From Octopus vulgaris (taxonomy: Eukaryota), in NCBI GenBank assembly GCA_951406725.2, contig OX597828.1:34782001-34846000 (forward strand): a stretch of DNA of 64,000 bases, read 5' to 3'. Below the pieces are notes generated by a model. The model was given only the letters and a program-made list of their open reading frames with translations. It made no database searches and was not told the origin of the DNA. Positions 24,488 through 39,887 of the stretch are shown here, in pieces (the stretch's first letter is position 1; the number at the start of each line of letters is the position of its first letter). Both the position numbers and the translations under genes were made by a program.

Positions 24488-24900
24488 GGCGGCGAGCTGG
24501 CAGAAACGTTAGCGCGCCGGGCGAAATGCTTAGCGGTATTTCGTCTGTCGTTACCTTCTGGGTTCAAATTCCGCCGAGGTCGACTTTGCATTTCATCCTT
24601 TCGGGGTCGATAAATAAAGTACCAGTTTCGCACTGGGTCGATGTAATCGACTTAATCCCTTTGACTGTCCTTGTTTGTCCCCTCTGTGTTTAGCCCCTTG
24701 TGGGTAATAAAGAAATAGGTATTTCGTCTGTCGTTACGTTCTGAGTTCAAATTCCGCCGAGGTCGACTTTGCCTTTCATCCTCTCGGGGTCGATAAATAA
24801 AGTACCAGTTTCGCACTGGGTCGATGTAATCGACTTAATCCCTTTGTCTGTCCTTGTTTTTCCCCTCTATGTTTAGCCCCTTGTGGGTAGTAAAGAAATA
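24488..24900 (+). mobile_element. SINE family B with internal tandem duplication
   Basis: GGCGGCGAGCTGGCAGAAACGTTAGC head and B box GTTCAAATTCC. An ~180-bp body is repeated twice. The same dimeric layout occurs at 30283 and 43400. Confidence 0.85.
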
Positions 24901-25510
24901 TATATTTATTTATTTATCTATATATTTATATATTCATCTAAACTAAAACGTATCATATTACAGTAATTCACAACACTTAAGCCCTGAAACGCTACACAAA
25001 GTCCAGTTCGATCCTTAGCATCTGTGCAGGCTTCATGCTTTGTGGACATCAATAACAATATTGATTGTATTCTGTGGGGAACGGATAAGATTTTGTTAAC
25101 TCAAAAGATTAAAATGGACAGGAAAATATAAAAAGTTGTAAAGAATCATAAGAATTTATAATACAATGGCCAACGGTGAGACTCTGTAAGTCTCGTCGTA
25201 ATCTCCTGGACGTGACCAGACTATCAACATGAGGGCACGTGCAAACGAAGCGAGCCACTATACAGTCGGTCGAATTGCTAGAAATACAAGCCAGCTCTCA
25301 CTCCGGCCACACCCCTACCATCTTCTATTTCTATCACTTTCTCCCCCACTCTCTTTTCTCCTCTCTCATTCCTTCTCTCTTCCTCCCTCTTTCTTCTTTC
25401 CTCCATCTTCTTCCCACTCCCTTCTTCCCGCTCCCTTCTTCCTTCTATCTTCCTCCTCCCTCTTTCCCTCTGTCTGTCTGTCTCTCTCTCTTTCTCTCTC
25501 TGTTTCTCTG

Positions 25511-25589
<79 letters not shown>

Positions 25590-25981
25590 CCCTTCTCCAT
25601 CTTACACTCTGGATTTTACTTGTTTATTTAGAAGTCCAGTTTTGTCACTTTGTGATGCGCTGAGTCGAACTCAATACCGTATTAAGAGTACAGCATCTGT
25701 GGAATACCTAGCCACATAGGAACACATTATTTTCAAGAGTTGACAGTTTCTATTTGATCGAACAATCGAATGTTCATCGTCGAGAGCGACGTAGTACCTA
25801 CCGTCTTAAATAAAACAGGATAATTTATGAAGAAAGAGTGATAGAAAGAGATCGAGATATAGACAGAGAGAGAGAGAGAGAGAGAGAGTAAAACGGATGG
25901 TTTTGTTACTACTGGAGCGTTTTTGATCAATTAAGGTTGAGTTGATGCCAAACAACAACAACAGCAACAACAACAAACAAC

Positions 25982-26021
<40 letters not shown>

Positions 26022-26486
26022 CTTTTGTCCACATGCAGCTAGATTTATTGAGGTATTTAATATCAAGCATAGTATTTAATATTTAACAAAACCCGTTACC
26101 AATTACGCAACGTTGTAGCTTGCCGCTGTTTAATAAACGTCATTGCTTCCCATACACTTAATAAATGGGTATCTGAGAGCTACATCAAGTATGTATGGAT
26201 GCACTGAATAACGCCAAAGTTTGTAATGAATAAAAAATTTTTTTTCCTCTTTGTTGGAAGAAGGCAACAAAAATCTTGCAGTAATTGTTAGTAACTCATA
26301 AAGAAAAATGGAGATAATTTCAATGAATAACGAAATAATTTATAAGTAAGTTAATTCGCATACTTAAAGGAAAATCTGGGGTTTTTTTTTTTTAGCAGTG
26401 TGACAGCAACAGGTATTTTTGGCTTTATTGGACCTCATTGGCGAAACAATTAGCACGGCTTTATCCACAAAATAAGTTGTTGTTTT

Positions 26487-26900
26487 TTTTTTGTTATCAC
26501 GTGATCGACGAGACTATCGGATGTTGTTATAAGAGAGGGTACTGAAATGTCCCTGGTTTGGGGGTAAAAGAAAATATAAGGGGATTAATTAATTATGATT
26601 TTATTCAACATGTTCCTCTCTCAGATTCACACACTTATTGCAGTAGTCCTTGAATTTTTCTAAGCCGGAAGGTTGGGCTTCAAACTAGGCCTTTCGCGAT
26701 ATCCTTAAAGCCAGGAACTTTTCAGCACCCCCTCGTACATCCCCGTGATCGGAAAGCTTGTTCGTTCCAGGGTTCCTGTTCACAGCTGAGTGGACTGGAG
26801 CAATGTGAAGTGTTTTGCTGGACACAACGCACCGCTCGACCCGGGAATGGAACTCAAGATCTAGCAGTCGTGAGTGCAAGATCTTAACCACCAGGCTACA
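26487..26900 (-). mobile_element. Family C-like SINE interrupted by a MITE
   Basis: Minus-strand head GTAGCCTGGTGGTTAAG...GAGTTCCATTCC and core GTGTCCAGCAAAACACTT. The tail resumes on the far side of the MITE. Confidence 0.6.
26532..26735. mobile_element. Mariner-type MITE
   Basis: TIRs AGAGAGGGTACTGAAATGTCCCTGGTTT and AAAGCCAGGAACTTTTCAGCACCCCCTCG, with TA on both flanks. Confidence 0.75.
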
Positions 26901-28092
26901 CCTCATCACGGGTTACTTTCACGTACAGAAAACATGTTAAGAATAAGTTTTGGTAATCGGTAATTCGCGAAATAAATAAACATTTGGGAAAGGGAAACAA
27001 CTCAAACAAGCAGACGACATAGATTGAAATAAAGCAAATACGAATGGCGTTTACAAAAGGTACAAAAAAATTAAATGGAAACAAAATTTAGCCGGCATTT
27101 GAAAGCTACTTCATCTTCTCTTTTCAATGGGCCCAAGACAAGTTCATATTTGAATTTAGTAAGTTATACGGTTAAGCTATTTAGAATCACATATCCGCAG
27201 ACATTATTGTATAGGGACAGGCAAGCCTGGGTCTTTGTTGCAACATGTCGACAACATGATAAATGACTTCAGCATCTTTAGTAAATTGACTTGAAAGTTG
27301 TATGTCATGACCTTATGACCTTATGACCTATTGAACTGATGGTCGATTCACACTCCAAACTGAGATTCTCCTATCACATTCTCGATGACTTCAGTTTGCC
27401 GAATGCTTTATTTTATTTATTTACCTTTTTTTTAAATATTTACCCAAAAGAGTAGAAATGAAATTTGAGCCCGGCTCAGAGAATGATGAGTCTCTGAAAT
27501 TAATACCCAGAAGGTTTGTTTGTCATTGTCATCGCCATCGTTGTTATGGTTTTATGGAGCCCCAAATTAATATTGATCAAATAGACTTACAACCAAATAC
27601 TCCCGGCCATAGCGATCCCGACTCGTGCCTACAAAAAGATTATCTAATATGTCTCTCATTATATTGTGAAAGCGAAGTGTTTTTTGAGTGGGGTTTCTAA
27701 GGACTACATTCTCCAGGGTGTAGCTTCGTTTTTAATACGACTGGAACACATGATCAAAGCTGGAATGCCTTTGATAATGAGCTTCCTCGATTAGTACAGA
27801 CTTGAGGGCTAAACAACAAGAAGCACAACATTAACAACAACGCCCATCATACTTTTCTGTCTACACCAGCTGCAGCAGCAGCAACAGCAGCAGTGGCAGC
27901 AGCAGCAATGGCAGCAGTGGCGGTAGTGGCAGCAGCAGCAGCCGACTCGGCAGATTTATCTCTAAACTCAAAGGCTGCCCTGTGCTGGTTACCAAACCTA
28001 GGCATTGATTCGGTGATGACATGGACAGCAGTCACACTAAACACACGTTTAAACATCTGCAATTGCAGTTTTTGAAGTTTTTGTTGAAGTTT

Positions 28093-28150
<58 letters not shown>

Positions 28151-28354
28151 CGTCGTCGTCGTTGTTGCCGTTGTTGTTTTCGTTATTCTTTAGTCCCAAA
28201 CTCCATCAAGCAGACATATGATTAAAAGGCGTTTCCTATAAGACCATCCTCTGCATATATCTGAGACGGCAAGAGCTCACACTGATGAGGACATACTTTA
28301 TACGAAAGCTAAAACCCGCTCTGAACTGTTTGAAAGAGTTGGAGTTATGAGTGC

Positions 28355-28496
<142 letters not shown>

Positions 28497-28574
28497 GTCT
28501 GTCTGTCTGTCTATTTATCTGTCTGTCTGTCTATCTATCTGTCTATCTATCTATCTACCTATCTATCTATATTC

Positions 28575-28659
<85 letters not shown>

Positions 28660-28705
28660 CCTCTCTCTCTCTACATACACATACACACGCACACACAAAC
28701 GCGTA

Positions 28706-28776
<71 letters not shown>

Positions 28777-30156
28777 GTGTGTGTCTGCAACGCGTATTTG
28801 AAGTATTCAAGAAAGATGTATGCACGCATATGCATCTTTTAATGTCTTACACAAATAAACATACTTCGCCATTAATGGAGTTATAACGCCGAAAATAGCT
28901 TAAGAACTCTGGTTATATATGTATATATATATATGCATGTATATGTATGTGTATATATATATGTATGTATAGCTAACATATGAAACTGTCTACAGTACTC
29001 ACTGTTCTGATTACAAGGATTGTACCCGGGTCATGTTTAAAGTACCCGAGAATTGCGATTAAGAAACACACCAGACACAGAAAGATGAGGGTATGTATAC
29101 ACACATGCTTGTGAAATATGCAACAAGTTACACTGTAATTCAATGAACATGTAGTTCAATTAATCGAACTGAACGCTCGTTGCCAACCGACGGAGGACCT
29201 AATGACTATATATGTATGTATGTATGTATGTATGTAAGATATCTGCGCGCGTGTTTGTGTGTTCTGTGTGCATATCCATGCATATGTACATACACACATA
29301 TATACACACACACATATACAAGCACATACATGCATGCTAATATATGTATCCATACATGTGTGTTTGTCGTCTGTGTATCATTACGTATATGCATGTATGT
29401 GTTGTGTGTGTGTGTGTGTGTGTGCATGCGCGTAATATCAAATTTACTATATGTCTAGTCTGTACAGACACACCTTAAGATCATCATTATCAACGCTAAT
29501 GATAAGCTATAAATGCATGGTAAACACGAAAATCTGTTAATAACTGTTTGAGTAAGATAAGTGACAACAAAAGCGGGGGCGGTAGTATGAGTAGCAGTAG
29601 TAGCAGCAGTAGTAGTAATAACAGCCATACCACCAGCGCTACCACCACCACCATCAACACCAACATGAACAACAGTAACAACACCAATCTCTATTATTTG
29701 AGCAACAATGCTATTAACAACGACCACCACGATGACCACAGCTCCCAACAGCAACAGTGACAATAGCTGGAATATCGATCTGTTTTGTGTTGATAAAAAT
29801 ACAAGGCCAATATTCGAAACAAGTAGATCAAAGCCGATACAGTCTACTGATTCTATGTGAATTACGAATAAATCGTTGTTATGGTTTTTTTGGGGGGTTT
29901 TTTCTTCCTATTTACATAAAAGAGATTAAAAATATATATATATTAAAAAGTAAAATCTAAAAATCCAAGGCAATATTGGAAGTTGTGACGTTAAAATTTG
30001 GTGCAGAAAAATTCGTAGATAAAATTTATTTTATTGAGTTAACCAGCCATGAACAATAAGTTAGAAAAACAAAGAAAGAAAAACCCCGACTTTTCGGACA
30101 TTTGTCTTTCTTTAAAGAGAATTATTCTTATTTATTTATTTACTAATTTATTATTA

Positions 30157-30211
<55 letters not shown>

Positions 30212-30237
30212 TATTATTATTATCATTATTATTATTA

Positions 30238-30282
<45 letters not shown>

Positions 30283-30283
<1 letters not shown>

Positions 30284-30680
30284 GGCGGCGAGCAGGCAGA
30301 AACGTTAGCACGCCAGGCGAAACGCCTAGCGGTATTTCGTCTATCGTTACGTTCTGAGTTCAAATTCCGCCGAGGTCGACTTTGCCTTTCATCCTTTCAG
30401 GATCGATAAATTAAGTACCAGTTACGCACTGGGGTCGATACAATCGACTTAATCCGTTTGTCTGTCCTTGTTTGTCCCCTCTGTGTTTAGCCCTTTGTGG
30501 GTTGTAAAGAAATAGGTATTTCGTCTGCCGTTACGTTCTGAGTTCAAATTTCACCGAGGTCGACTTCGCTTTAGATCCTTTCAGGATCGATATTATCAGT
30601 ACCAGTTATGCACTGGGGTCGATGTATAATCGACATAATCCCTTCCTCCAAATTTGAGGCCTTGTGCTTCCAGTAGAGAG
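30283..30680 (+). mobile_element. SINE family B (dimeric), between (ATT)n tracts
   Basis: Homologous to 24488-24900. Confidence 0.8.
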
Positions 30681-30681
30681 G

Positions 30682-30756
<75 letters not shown>

Positions 30757-31557
30757 GCCTTTGCACAGCTTCTAACGCTGGAGATGTACTACAGTATCAG
30801 CTGTTCATTACCAGTCTATCTCTATATTAGAAGACACTTGTCCAAGGTGCTGCACTTTGGGACTGAACCCGAAACCATGTGATTGCCAAACGAGATTCTG
30901 AACCACACAGACAATCATGGAGAAAAAAAAAACAAAAAGAAAAACAGAAATGGTCATGTGATTGCTGTTACAGCTTTGATAACAGGGTTAATCTACGCCT
31001 GAAAAGCGCTGCAACAACAATAAATTTTTTGCTGAACCCTTCCATCATCCCCTCATATCCTTCCATTATCAGCCCCATTACCTCCACTCATCACCACAGT
31101 TACTACAACACTAGCACTCTCATTCACACAACCACCAATACCATAAACAGTTCGACAACAGCAGCCTCCACCTTCATCGTTACCACCACCTCCATCGCCA
31201 TTTTATAGCTCCCTCGTCAGTATCTTCTCATAGCCTCACTCACACGCGTGTCCCCTTCATCCCTTGACCATCAAAACGCTCCTTCAAGTGAGTTAGTCTC
31301 GAGAGAGAGAGAGAGAGGGGGGAGGAAGGACGGGGGCTAAGAATTAAGGGTTTTTTTAACAGATGGTGCCTTATTATATTCTTTCATCTATTGTCAACTT
31401 CGAGTAACTTCCGAGTACTTCTTCCCTCCGACATTTTTACTCAGCAATATTAAATACTCATTAGAGGATTGTCTGTCTGACCCACCTTACACTTACACAC
31501 TGTCTCCTCATCATTTATGTATGTATGAGTATGTTTGTGTGTGTGCGTGTGTGTATG

Positions 31558-31588
<31 letters not shown>

Positions 31589-31646
31589 GTATGTATGTAT
31601 GTATGTATGTATGTATGCACGTATGTATGTATGAAACTTGTACATG

Positions 31647-31757
<111 letters not shown>

Positions 31758-31758
31758 G

Positions 31759-31797
<39 letters not shown>

Positions 31798-31799
31798 CA

Positions 31800-31843
<44 letters not shown>

Positions 31844-33406
31844 GTCTGTCCCTTTTACTCGACCCTCTCCCACCTTTCACGTCGAGTTAGATCCTTTACG
31901 CATGTTCCTCTGCCTATTAGAAATGCGAGCCAAATCTCCCTCAAAACACTCCCAAAAGTCTTAAAAAAGGACACTTTTAATACTGTGGTCCTCCAACGTG
32001 CTGCCCCCCCACCACCACCACCACGACTACCACTGCCGTAAAATAAAAGCAAGACGATCCCAGGTGGAATGCCTTTCATTATACGTATGTGTGTAATATT
32101 CTGACTATCATTACAGCCTTTAAATTTAATCCGTTAGGTTCTGGGGTCAAGTCCTACAAGGTCTATTTATATCGATTTAGGATATAATCAATAAAACTGA
32201 TGTCGTTAATAGTCAGACTTAAGTTTTTTGGATGGTTAACTTAATCCGTTGTCCGGTTTAATATCACCACCTGGCTACCTTGGGAACCTTTAGCAAGTTC
32301 TTCTTGTTACAGGTATTCGGGCAAGATCTCTAGTTTGAACATAACATTAACCGACCAGAACTTACTGTACAAACAAAAATAAAAAAGGGAAAAGGAAAAA
32401 AGAAAAGGTGCTTTCCTTCCCTCGGTGACTAAAAAAAGTATCCCGGATTTAGGTCCACAGCGTGTCACCTTGGGTAGCTGTCTTCTAAGGTCCCCTGTCA
32501 GATCTATGTCTTCTGACCAAAGTGGTAGCCAGGAAACTGTGAAAGTCGTCAAATGTGGATGTGTATCATTGTGTGTGCATGTATGTTCCACCCCATCTCC
32601 TTAACTTACAAGTTCGGCAAAAAATGCTCATTGAAACAAGTACTAAATTTAAAAATAAGTACTGTGATTGATTTGTTCGACTCTACCCTTCACGTTGATG
32701 CCCCAGCATGGCCGCAATCGTATGACTGAAACAAGTAAGCGATTAAAGATAAAAAACGAAATAGTGAGAGGAAGCGTTGTATCATAGACCCAAAGGCGTA
32801 CTCGGTATTGGTATTAAAACGGAAAGGACCACCATGAAAAAAACTCGTATATAAAGGCAGAATTTATTTGCCCATCTCATAAGTAAAAAGGGTAGGAGAG
32901 GGTACAAAAACTTCAGTGATATTTTTGGTGGAGGAAGGGGTGTATTCATTATTTTGAGGCCCACTTAACATGGAAGTCCCTTCGTTCCGTAATAGTCATA
33001 GCTGTAATGGCGGTAGCAGACGTTGTTTTCCTGAGACATAAAAACGACTCGTGACCAGGCTGACGAGGATTTGATGCAGTGATAGGTATCGTGGGAATGG
33101 GTTTGTGATGTTAGTATTGCTGGTATCTCTATGGTGACAATAGTGACGGTGATGGTGGTGAAGGTGGTGATAGTCGTGGCAGTGGTGGTAGAGGTGGAAG
33201 TGGCGGTGATGGTGGTGGTGGTGGTGGTGGTGGCGACGGTAAGGATTGTTGAGGCGATGCGACTGAGATTATTACAGGTGTTGTGTTAGCAATACTAGTG
33301 ATGACAAATACTGTTCGTAGCCATGTTTTGAGGTGTTACACGGGTTGTTGAAGTTGCTGACTGCTGCAGAAACAACAATGCGAACAACAACAACAACAAC
33401 AACAAC

Positions 33407-33444
<38 letters not shown>

Positions 33445-33595
33445 AGGTGGTGGTGGGGGGGGGGCGGTTGAGATGGTGTTGGTGGACTGTAAAGCTGATT
33501 TCTTTGTTAAGAGAAAAAGAAATTTTAAAACTAGGTTAAAACGTCGACGGTAGTACCTTTAGAGAGGGTCAGAGAGAAAGAAATAGATAGATAGC

Positions 33596-33633
<38 letters not shown>

Positions 33634-34342
33634 AAGTAGAATAATGGGGTGGATGGATAGACTATTGAGTAGCTCAGCGGGTGGTTCCATCGTCTGGGTG
33701 TAACAATACATTGCATATAGACTTTCGTAAGAAACAAATAACTTGGTTGAAAAACATTAATTGTTTCTGATTTCGGTCAAAGGTTAGCGATCTTGAGGAG
33801 AGGGCATTAGCTGATATCACCGACCTCAGCATTTGACTGGTATTTCATTTTGTAAACATCAGCAGAATAAATGGTAAAGATGATCTCGGTAGGATTTGAG
33901 ACCGGAACGTAAAAAATCCAAACAGACGAAATATCACTAAGAAATATCATTGCTTCAGACGCTCTGATTCTGCTTGCTCACCCAATAATAATTCTTTCTC
34001 ATTTTTGGCACAAGGCCCGCAATAATGTGGAGAGGAAGTAAGTCGATTAAACTGACCCTTGTTTTATTTTTTCTCTTCCGAAAAATGAAAGGCAGAGTTG
34101 ACCGCGGCGAGATTTGAACTCAGAACGCAAAGAGCTAGAATAATTGTCAATAAGCATTTCGTTCGACGCGCTTTGATTTAATCAGAAATGCCGCCAATTT
34201 GAAGATGAGTTTATTAGTCGACATCCATCGATCCCAGCACTTGTCTGATATTCTATTTTATCGACCCCAAAGTGAACTCACAGGGATTTGAATGTAGAAT
34301 CGCAACAAATATTGCAAATATTTTACCCCGACTCGCTAACGA

Positions 34343-34407
<65 letters not shown>

Positions 34408-34486
34408 ACCATCCATCCATCCATCCATCTGTCTGTCTTTCTATACATACATACATATATACATATCTGTCAGTCTTTCTATCTCG

Positions 34487-34574
<88 letters not shown>

Positions 34575-35396
34575 GTCTTTCTGTCTATACATACATACAT
34601 ATCTGTCAGTCTTTCTATGTCGCTATCTATCTATCTAACGATTAATCGATCGATCTGTATATCTGTCCGTCTGTCTTTCTGTCTGTCCGTCTGTCTTTCT
34701 GTATGTCCATCTATTTTTGTTTTGTCTGTAGTCTACGCGACCAATCGGTGACCTTAGGCATGGCGGCGGGATGCGGAAAATTCAAACCAGCGCTTATTGA
34801 TGCTGTCCAGATTAAACGAGATAAATGGGTTATTAGACAACGGAGAAAGCGGCGGTGCAACTGTATACATCATATACACGAACACACACGCGCACACAGA
34901 TAAACACAAAGAAATTGCCCTTTAAGTAGGTATGGTGGTCGACACAGCTCTTACCAAGGCAGGGCTATAAACATCAATTATTAAACATAAAAAGTAAACG
35001 ATTACCAATTCATTATATCAATGATAATTTTATGTATGAAATTCAATGTACAAACCCAGGAAATGGCTAATATTTTCATGTTAGACAGGTAACAGTATCC
35101 GCTACCTTATAAATTTAAAGTTATTTCCTAACGCGTAACACTATTAATTCTGTATGCTGTGACTTCAGTGCATTAATACATAAAATAGACTTGACATGGA
35201 AACAGAAATGAAACTGCCTCCATATTTATCTATCATTATAGAATGAAAGCGGGAAAGTGTGTGTTAGATATCGTGAGCGTTTGCCAGCAACGATTAGGCT
35301 AAATTTAAGAGATATTTTATTCTACGAGAGACGATAAAATAATGTTAATGAATATGACATACGTGCATACTAACATACATACATGGTTGCATGCAC

Positions 35397-36377
35397 ACAA
35401 AGTCTAGGAGAAATAGCACATTTATGGTGAATTAATGCGGAACTTACAGCTCTTCTTCTTCTTCTTCTTCTTCTTCTTCTTCTTCTTCTTCTTCTTCTTC
35501 TTCTTCTTCTAATCAGGACTCATGCCATTAGCCACAAAGAATAATCTCTAATTCGAGCCTACTCTAAGCTACTAAGAATGCGTGTGACAACTTGAAGATC
35601 CACCCACCACACGCGATAGACTGGCAGTTGCACGGGCGCGAAATCTACGTTGTTATCCTCATTCCGTAAACGGTGGCCTTTAACGGGTGGAGAGCTGAAC
35701 CATCCTAGGGTACAGAGGATTCGCAATCTAGACTAGGGTCTGAAAGTTTACCACACCATAGTGGGTTACACCATGGTTCCTCTGCTTTGTGGCAGAAGTA
35801 GGAAGAAAGAGTGAGAGAAAGTTGTGGTGAAAGAGTACAGCGGGGTTCACCACAGCCCCGCCGGAGCCTCGTGGAGCTTAGGTGTTTTTTGCTCAATAAA
35901 CACTCACAATGCCCGGTCTGGGAATCGAAACCGCGTTCTTACGACCTCCGATCCGGTGCTCTAACCACTGGGCCAATGCGCCTCCACACTTACAGCTCTT
36001 GCATCCTGACTATGAATTCTCATTTGTACTTATCATCGAAGGTGCATTAGGCGATGAACCAACGTATTTACACAAAAGCCTAGAAATTCTCGGTTTTACA
36101 AGAAAAAAGCAAAAGAAACGGATGCGGAATCTCTAAATCCAATCTATTAGTGACACAGTGAAGATTTGTAAGACGTTGCAAGAATTTCCCAACTGAGATT
36201 CTAGTGGTTAGATGTACATACTTGGATGCATGCACCGACAGTTTAACCAACACACAAACTCAACCACGTATTTACAAACATCGGGAACCATCTTAACCCA
36301 AGAAGACCTGTTGCTTTGTTAGCGACCGGCTTGAAATCTCTCATGAAAAATTTAAATAAAACTCAAAGAGAAAACAT
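35397..36377 (+). mobile_element. RLE-type LINE 3' end split by a SINE insertion
   Basis: HIYGELMRNLQL | LHPDYEFSFVLIIEGALG...LEILGF...ISDTVKICKTLQEF. The 3' UTR is homologous to 20955-21100. Preceded by CATA repeats. Confidence 0.8.
35455..35987 (-). mobile_element. SINE family D with a long tail ending in (GAA)n and a 13-bp TSD
   Basis: TSD ACTTACAGCTCTT at 35442-35454 and 35988-36000. Head is homologous to 6356-6535. Confidence 0.85.
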
Positions 36378-36402
36378 TCATATATGTGTGTATGTGTGTG
36401 TA

Positions 36403-36443
<41 letters not shown>

Positions 36444-36465
36444 CATATATATGAATAAATATAAT

Positions 36466-36683
36466 ATTTCTTTATTGCCCACATAGAGGGGACAAACAAG
36501 GACAGACAAAGGGATTAAGTCGATTAAAAGGACCCCAGTGCGTAACTGGTACCTAATTTATCGACCCCGAAAGGATGAAAGGCAAAGTCGACCTCGGCGG
36601 AATTTGAACTCACAACCTAACGGCAGACGAAATACGGTTACACATTTCGCCCGGCGTGCTAACGTTTCTGCCAGCTCGCCGCC
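36466..36683 (-). mobile_element. SINE family B (monomer)
   Basis: Reverse complement of the family B head and body. Confidence 0.8.
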
Positions 36684-36689
36684 TCATAC

Positions 36690-36753
<64 letters not shown>

Positions 36754-37743
36754 CTGCGTATGTCTGTCTCGATGCCCATATTTGTGATCGCGCCACCGCT
36801 TGACCAACGGTGTTGGTTTGTTAACATTCACGTTCGCCCAAAGGGATTAACAGAAGAGAGAGTGATCTGTTCGGCTAAATCCTTTCGAAGTGGTGCCCCA
36901 ACATGGTCGTTATCCTCCAGTGACTGAAGCAGGTGAAAGATAAAAGATAATACCTTATAGTTACGAGAAGTACACGATTCAAGAGTCAGAAATTCATTAC
37001 TAAATTTGGTAAATTCTTCGCAATCCGCCGTCAAATAATTAATAACGTTTTCGTTATGAAACCTTAATAACACTCCTTGTTTGTTCTCTTAAAATATATC
37101 AGGGTGTCAGTAACATAACCCTATATAAATTATAAATATATAAAGGGAAAAAAATGCTTTAAATCTAAACCTAACACCATGTGTTAACCTTTTAAGGGCC
37201 CTCTCTCAAAGCATGTCTGTAAAGTGTGTATTAAAACTTAATCCCCGCTGCAGAGAATATCGTGTCCCATTGTGCAAATTGAAAAGGTAAATATATGCCT
37301 TTCACGATAATGTTTTAAGAAAGTGTCCCGGAGAGAGGTGTCCAGGAGTTAAAGGACGGGACTGGATAATGAGCGTTGTGTTTGATGTAGTTTTAAACAT
37401 TTGGGTTCATATTATTTTAGCTGATGGTGGTGAGAGCTTTTCCTCTTTCATAATATATTTTCTTTTGAATAAACAAAGAATGAGCACAGTGATGGTTTGG
37501 TTGGGAAAATGTTTGGCATGAAGTGACCCCTCTTAATTAAGTAGCATTCATAATAATAATGATAATGATAATGATAATAATAAAGACATTATATTGAAAC
37601 ACTTCAGACAAAAATCATGCCTCTTCATTGATATGACTGTCCCAATCGATATAAACGTATCTGTCAAGACCTACCAAAAACTGAGCAAGTATAAAGATCG
37701 TGAAATAGACATTCAGACATCTTAATTGAAGATAAATAATTCC

Positions 37744-37901
37744 GAGTGGCTGTGTGGTAAGTAGCTTGCTAACCAACCACATGGTTCCGGGTTCAGTCCC
37801 ACTGCGTGGCATCTTGGGCAAGTGTCTTCTGCTATAGCCCCGGGCCAACCAATGCCTTGTGAGTGGATTTGGTAGACGGAAACCGAAAGAAGCCTGTCGT
37901 A

Positions 37902-37995
<94 letters not shown>

Positions 37996-38205
37996 TGTGT
38001 GTCTGTGTTTGTCCCCCTAGCATTGTTTGACAACCGATGCTGGTGTGTTTACGTCCCCGTCACTTAGCGGTTCGGCAAAAAGCGACCGATAGAATAAGTA
38101 CTGGGCTTACAAAGAATAAGTCCCGGGGTCGATTTGCTCGACTAAAGGTGGTGCTCCAGCATGGCCGCAGTCAAATGACTGAAACAAGTAAAAGAGTAAA
38201 GAGAG
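37744..38205 (+). mobile_element. SINE family A, near full length
   Basis: Highly similar to 5419-5840. Confidence 0.85.
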
Positions 38206-39106
38206 ATAACGCAGGAGCTACTAAATCATTGCTCGACCTGCAAAAAGTAGAAACCAAATCTCCCTCATATCACACACCGTCTTCCTCATTAAAAAAAAAA
38301 AAAGATACAAAGAACTTCTTTAAACAATGTAGTCTTTCACTCCCGTAACACTGTCGCGATAGCCATAGCCATAGCGTTTTGATTTTCTTTCCAATCCTTC
38401 AGGATTACAAAATTCGAGACTAAATCCTGTACATTTTTTATGACTTTGTTGTATTTTTAGCATTTCTATTATTAATGATTCATTATAATTAAAATGAGAT
38501 AATGGCGACAATAGCGTCGAAGATGTTGGCAAGATTATGACAACGATGATAGCTTGAAGCGACGACGAAAATGGAGGTGTTGATGTTGCGATAGGAACGG
38601 TGTTTCCAAAGAGGAAACATTCTGAATGGAATGCAAATTGCTCTTGCAAACATGCCCAAGGCACCGTCTTCGTGGTCGACTTCTCTCCGAGAAGTTTCAA
38701 ATCTCAAGAAACCATTCTTGTTGCATTTCAGCTCTGAGTGTATGAAACATTGGGAAAGAAAACAAAAATTCACAAACAATATGATGACGACGACGACGAC
38801 GATGATGATGCTACTTATGATGTTGATGATGATAGTGATGATGATGATGATTAGGAGCAGTAGTAGTAGTAATAGTAGTAGCAGGAGGAGGAGGTGGATC
38901 TGTGATACTGCTTGCAATATGAAGCATGAATTTCCGGCAAGATGGCAGTTATCAAATTTCTGGCACTAAAATCTATCGACGGGGAGCGACGGGTGTCGCT
39001 TGCACCACACCCAACCGAAAAAAGTGTTCCAGGAGAAGATGGAGACGGTGGCGGTAAGAATGAGTGTTCCTGCTTTTTCCCCACTTTTCCATTTGTCTGT
39101 TTTGTC

Positions 39107-39157
<51 letters not shown>

Positions 39158-39191
39158 CATTCTTCTTCTTCTTCTTCTTCTTCTTCTTCTT

Positions 39192-39271
<80 letters not shown>

Positions 39272-39831
39272 CATTATTATTATTATTATTATTTGACACA
39301 GGTAGACAGAAACATGCAGCTCTCTTGCTAATGTTACCTCGTAAAACATGGCAATTAGCTTACTGCCATAAATCTGATAGCTTCTTAAATACATCTATCT
39401 CCTGCTTACACACATGTCTGCTAAAGCAAACAGACTATACAGCCTCCACACACAGACACATACATTCACTCATTCACACACACATACACATGCACACATG
39501 CACACACACACATGCCCTATGTGTATACGTTTGTGTGTGTAAAAAGAGATGCTTGTATGCACGTGTGTGTACATCTACAGAAATGCGCGTAGAAAGCGAT
39601 GCATGTGTCTTTTTCTGTTCATGTATATGCACAGAGGTGACTCTGCGGTGAGAAGCTTGATTTCCAGCCAAATCGTTCTGTGTTCAGTCATTTGACTTCG
39701 GTCATGTTGGGACACACCTTGAAGAGGTTCAGTCAAACAAATCGATCTCAGTATTTATTTTTTAAAGCTTAGCATTTACTCTGTTAGATTTGCCAAGCAT
39801 CCTTTTCCAAGTATATACATACATACATAAG

Positions 39832-39887
<56 letters not shown>

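Noticed and set aside
27308-27329. (TGACCTTA)x3, a DR2-like nuclear-receptor element
   Set aside because: Indistinguishable from simple 8-bp slippage in a slippage-prone genome.
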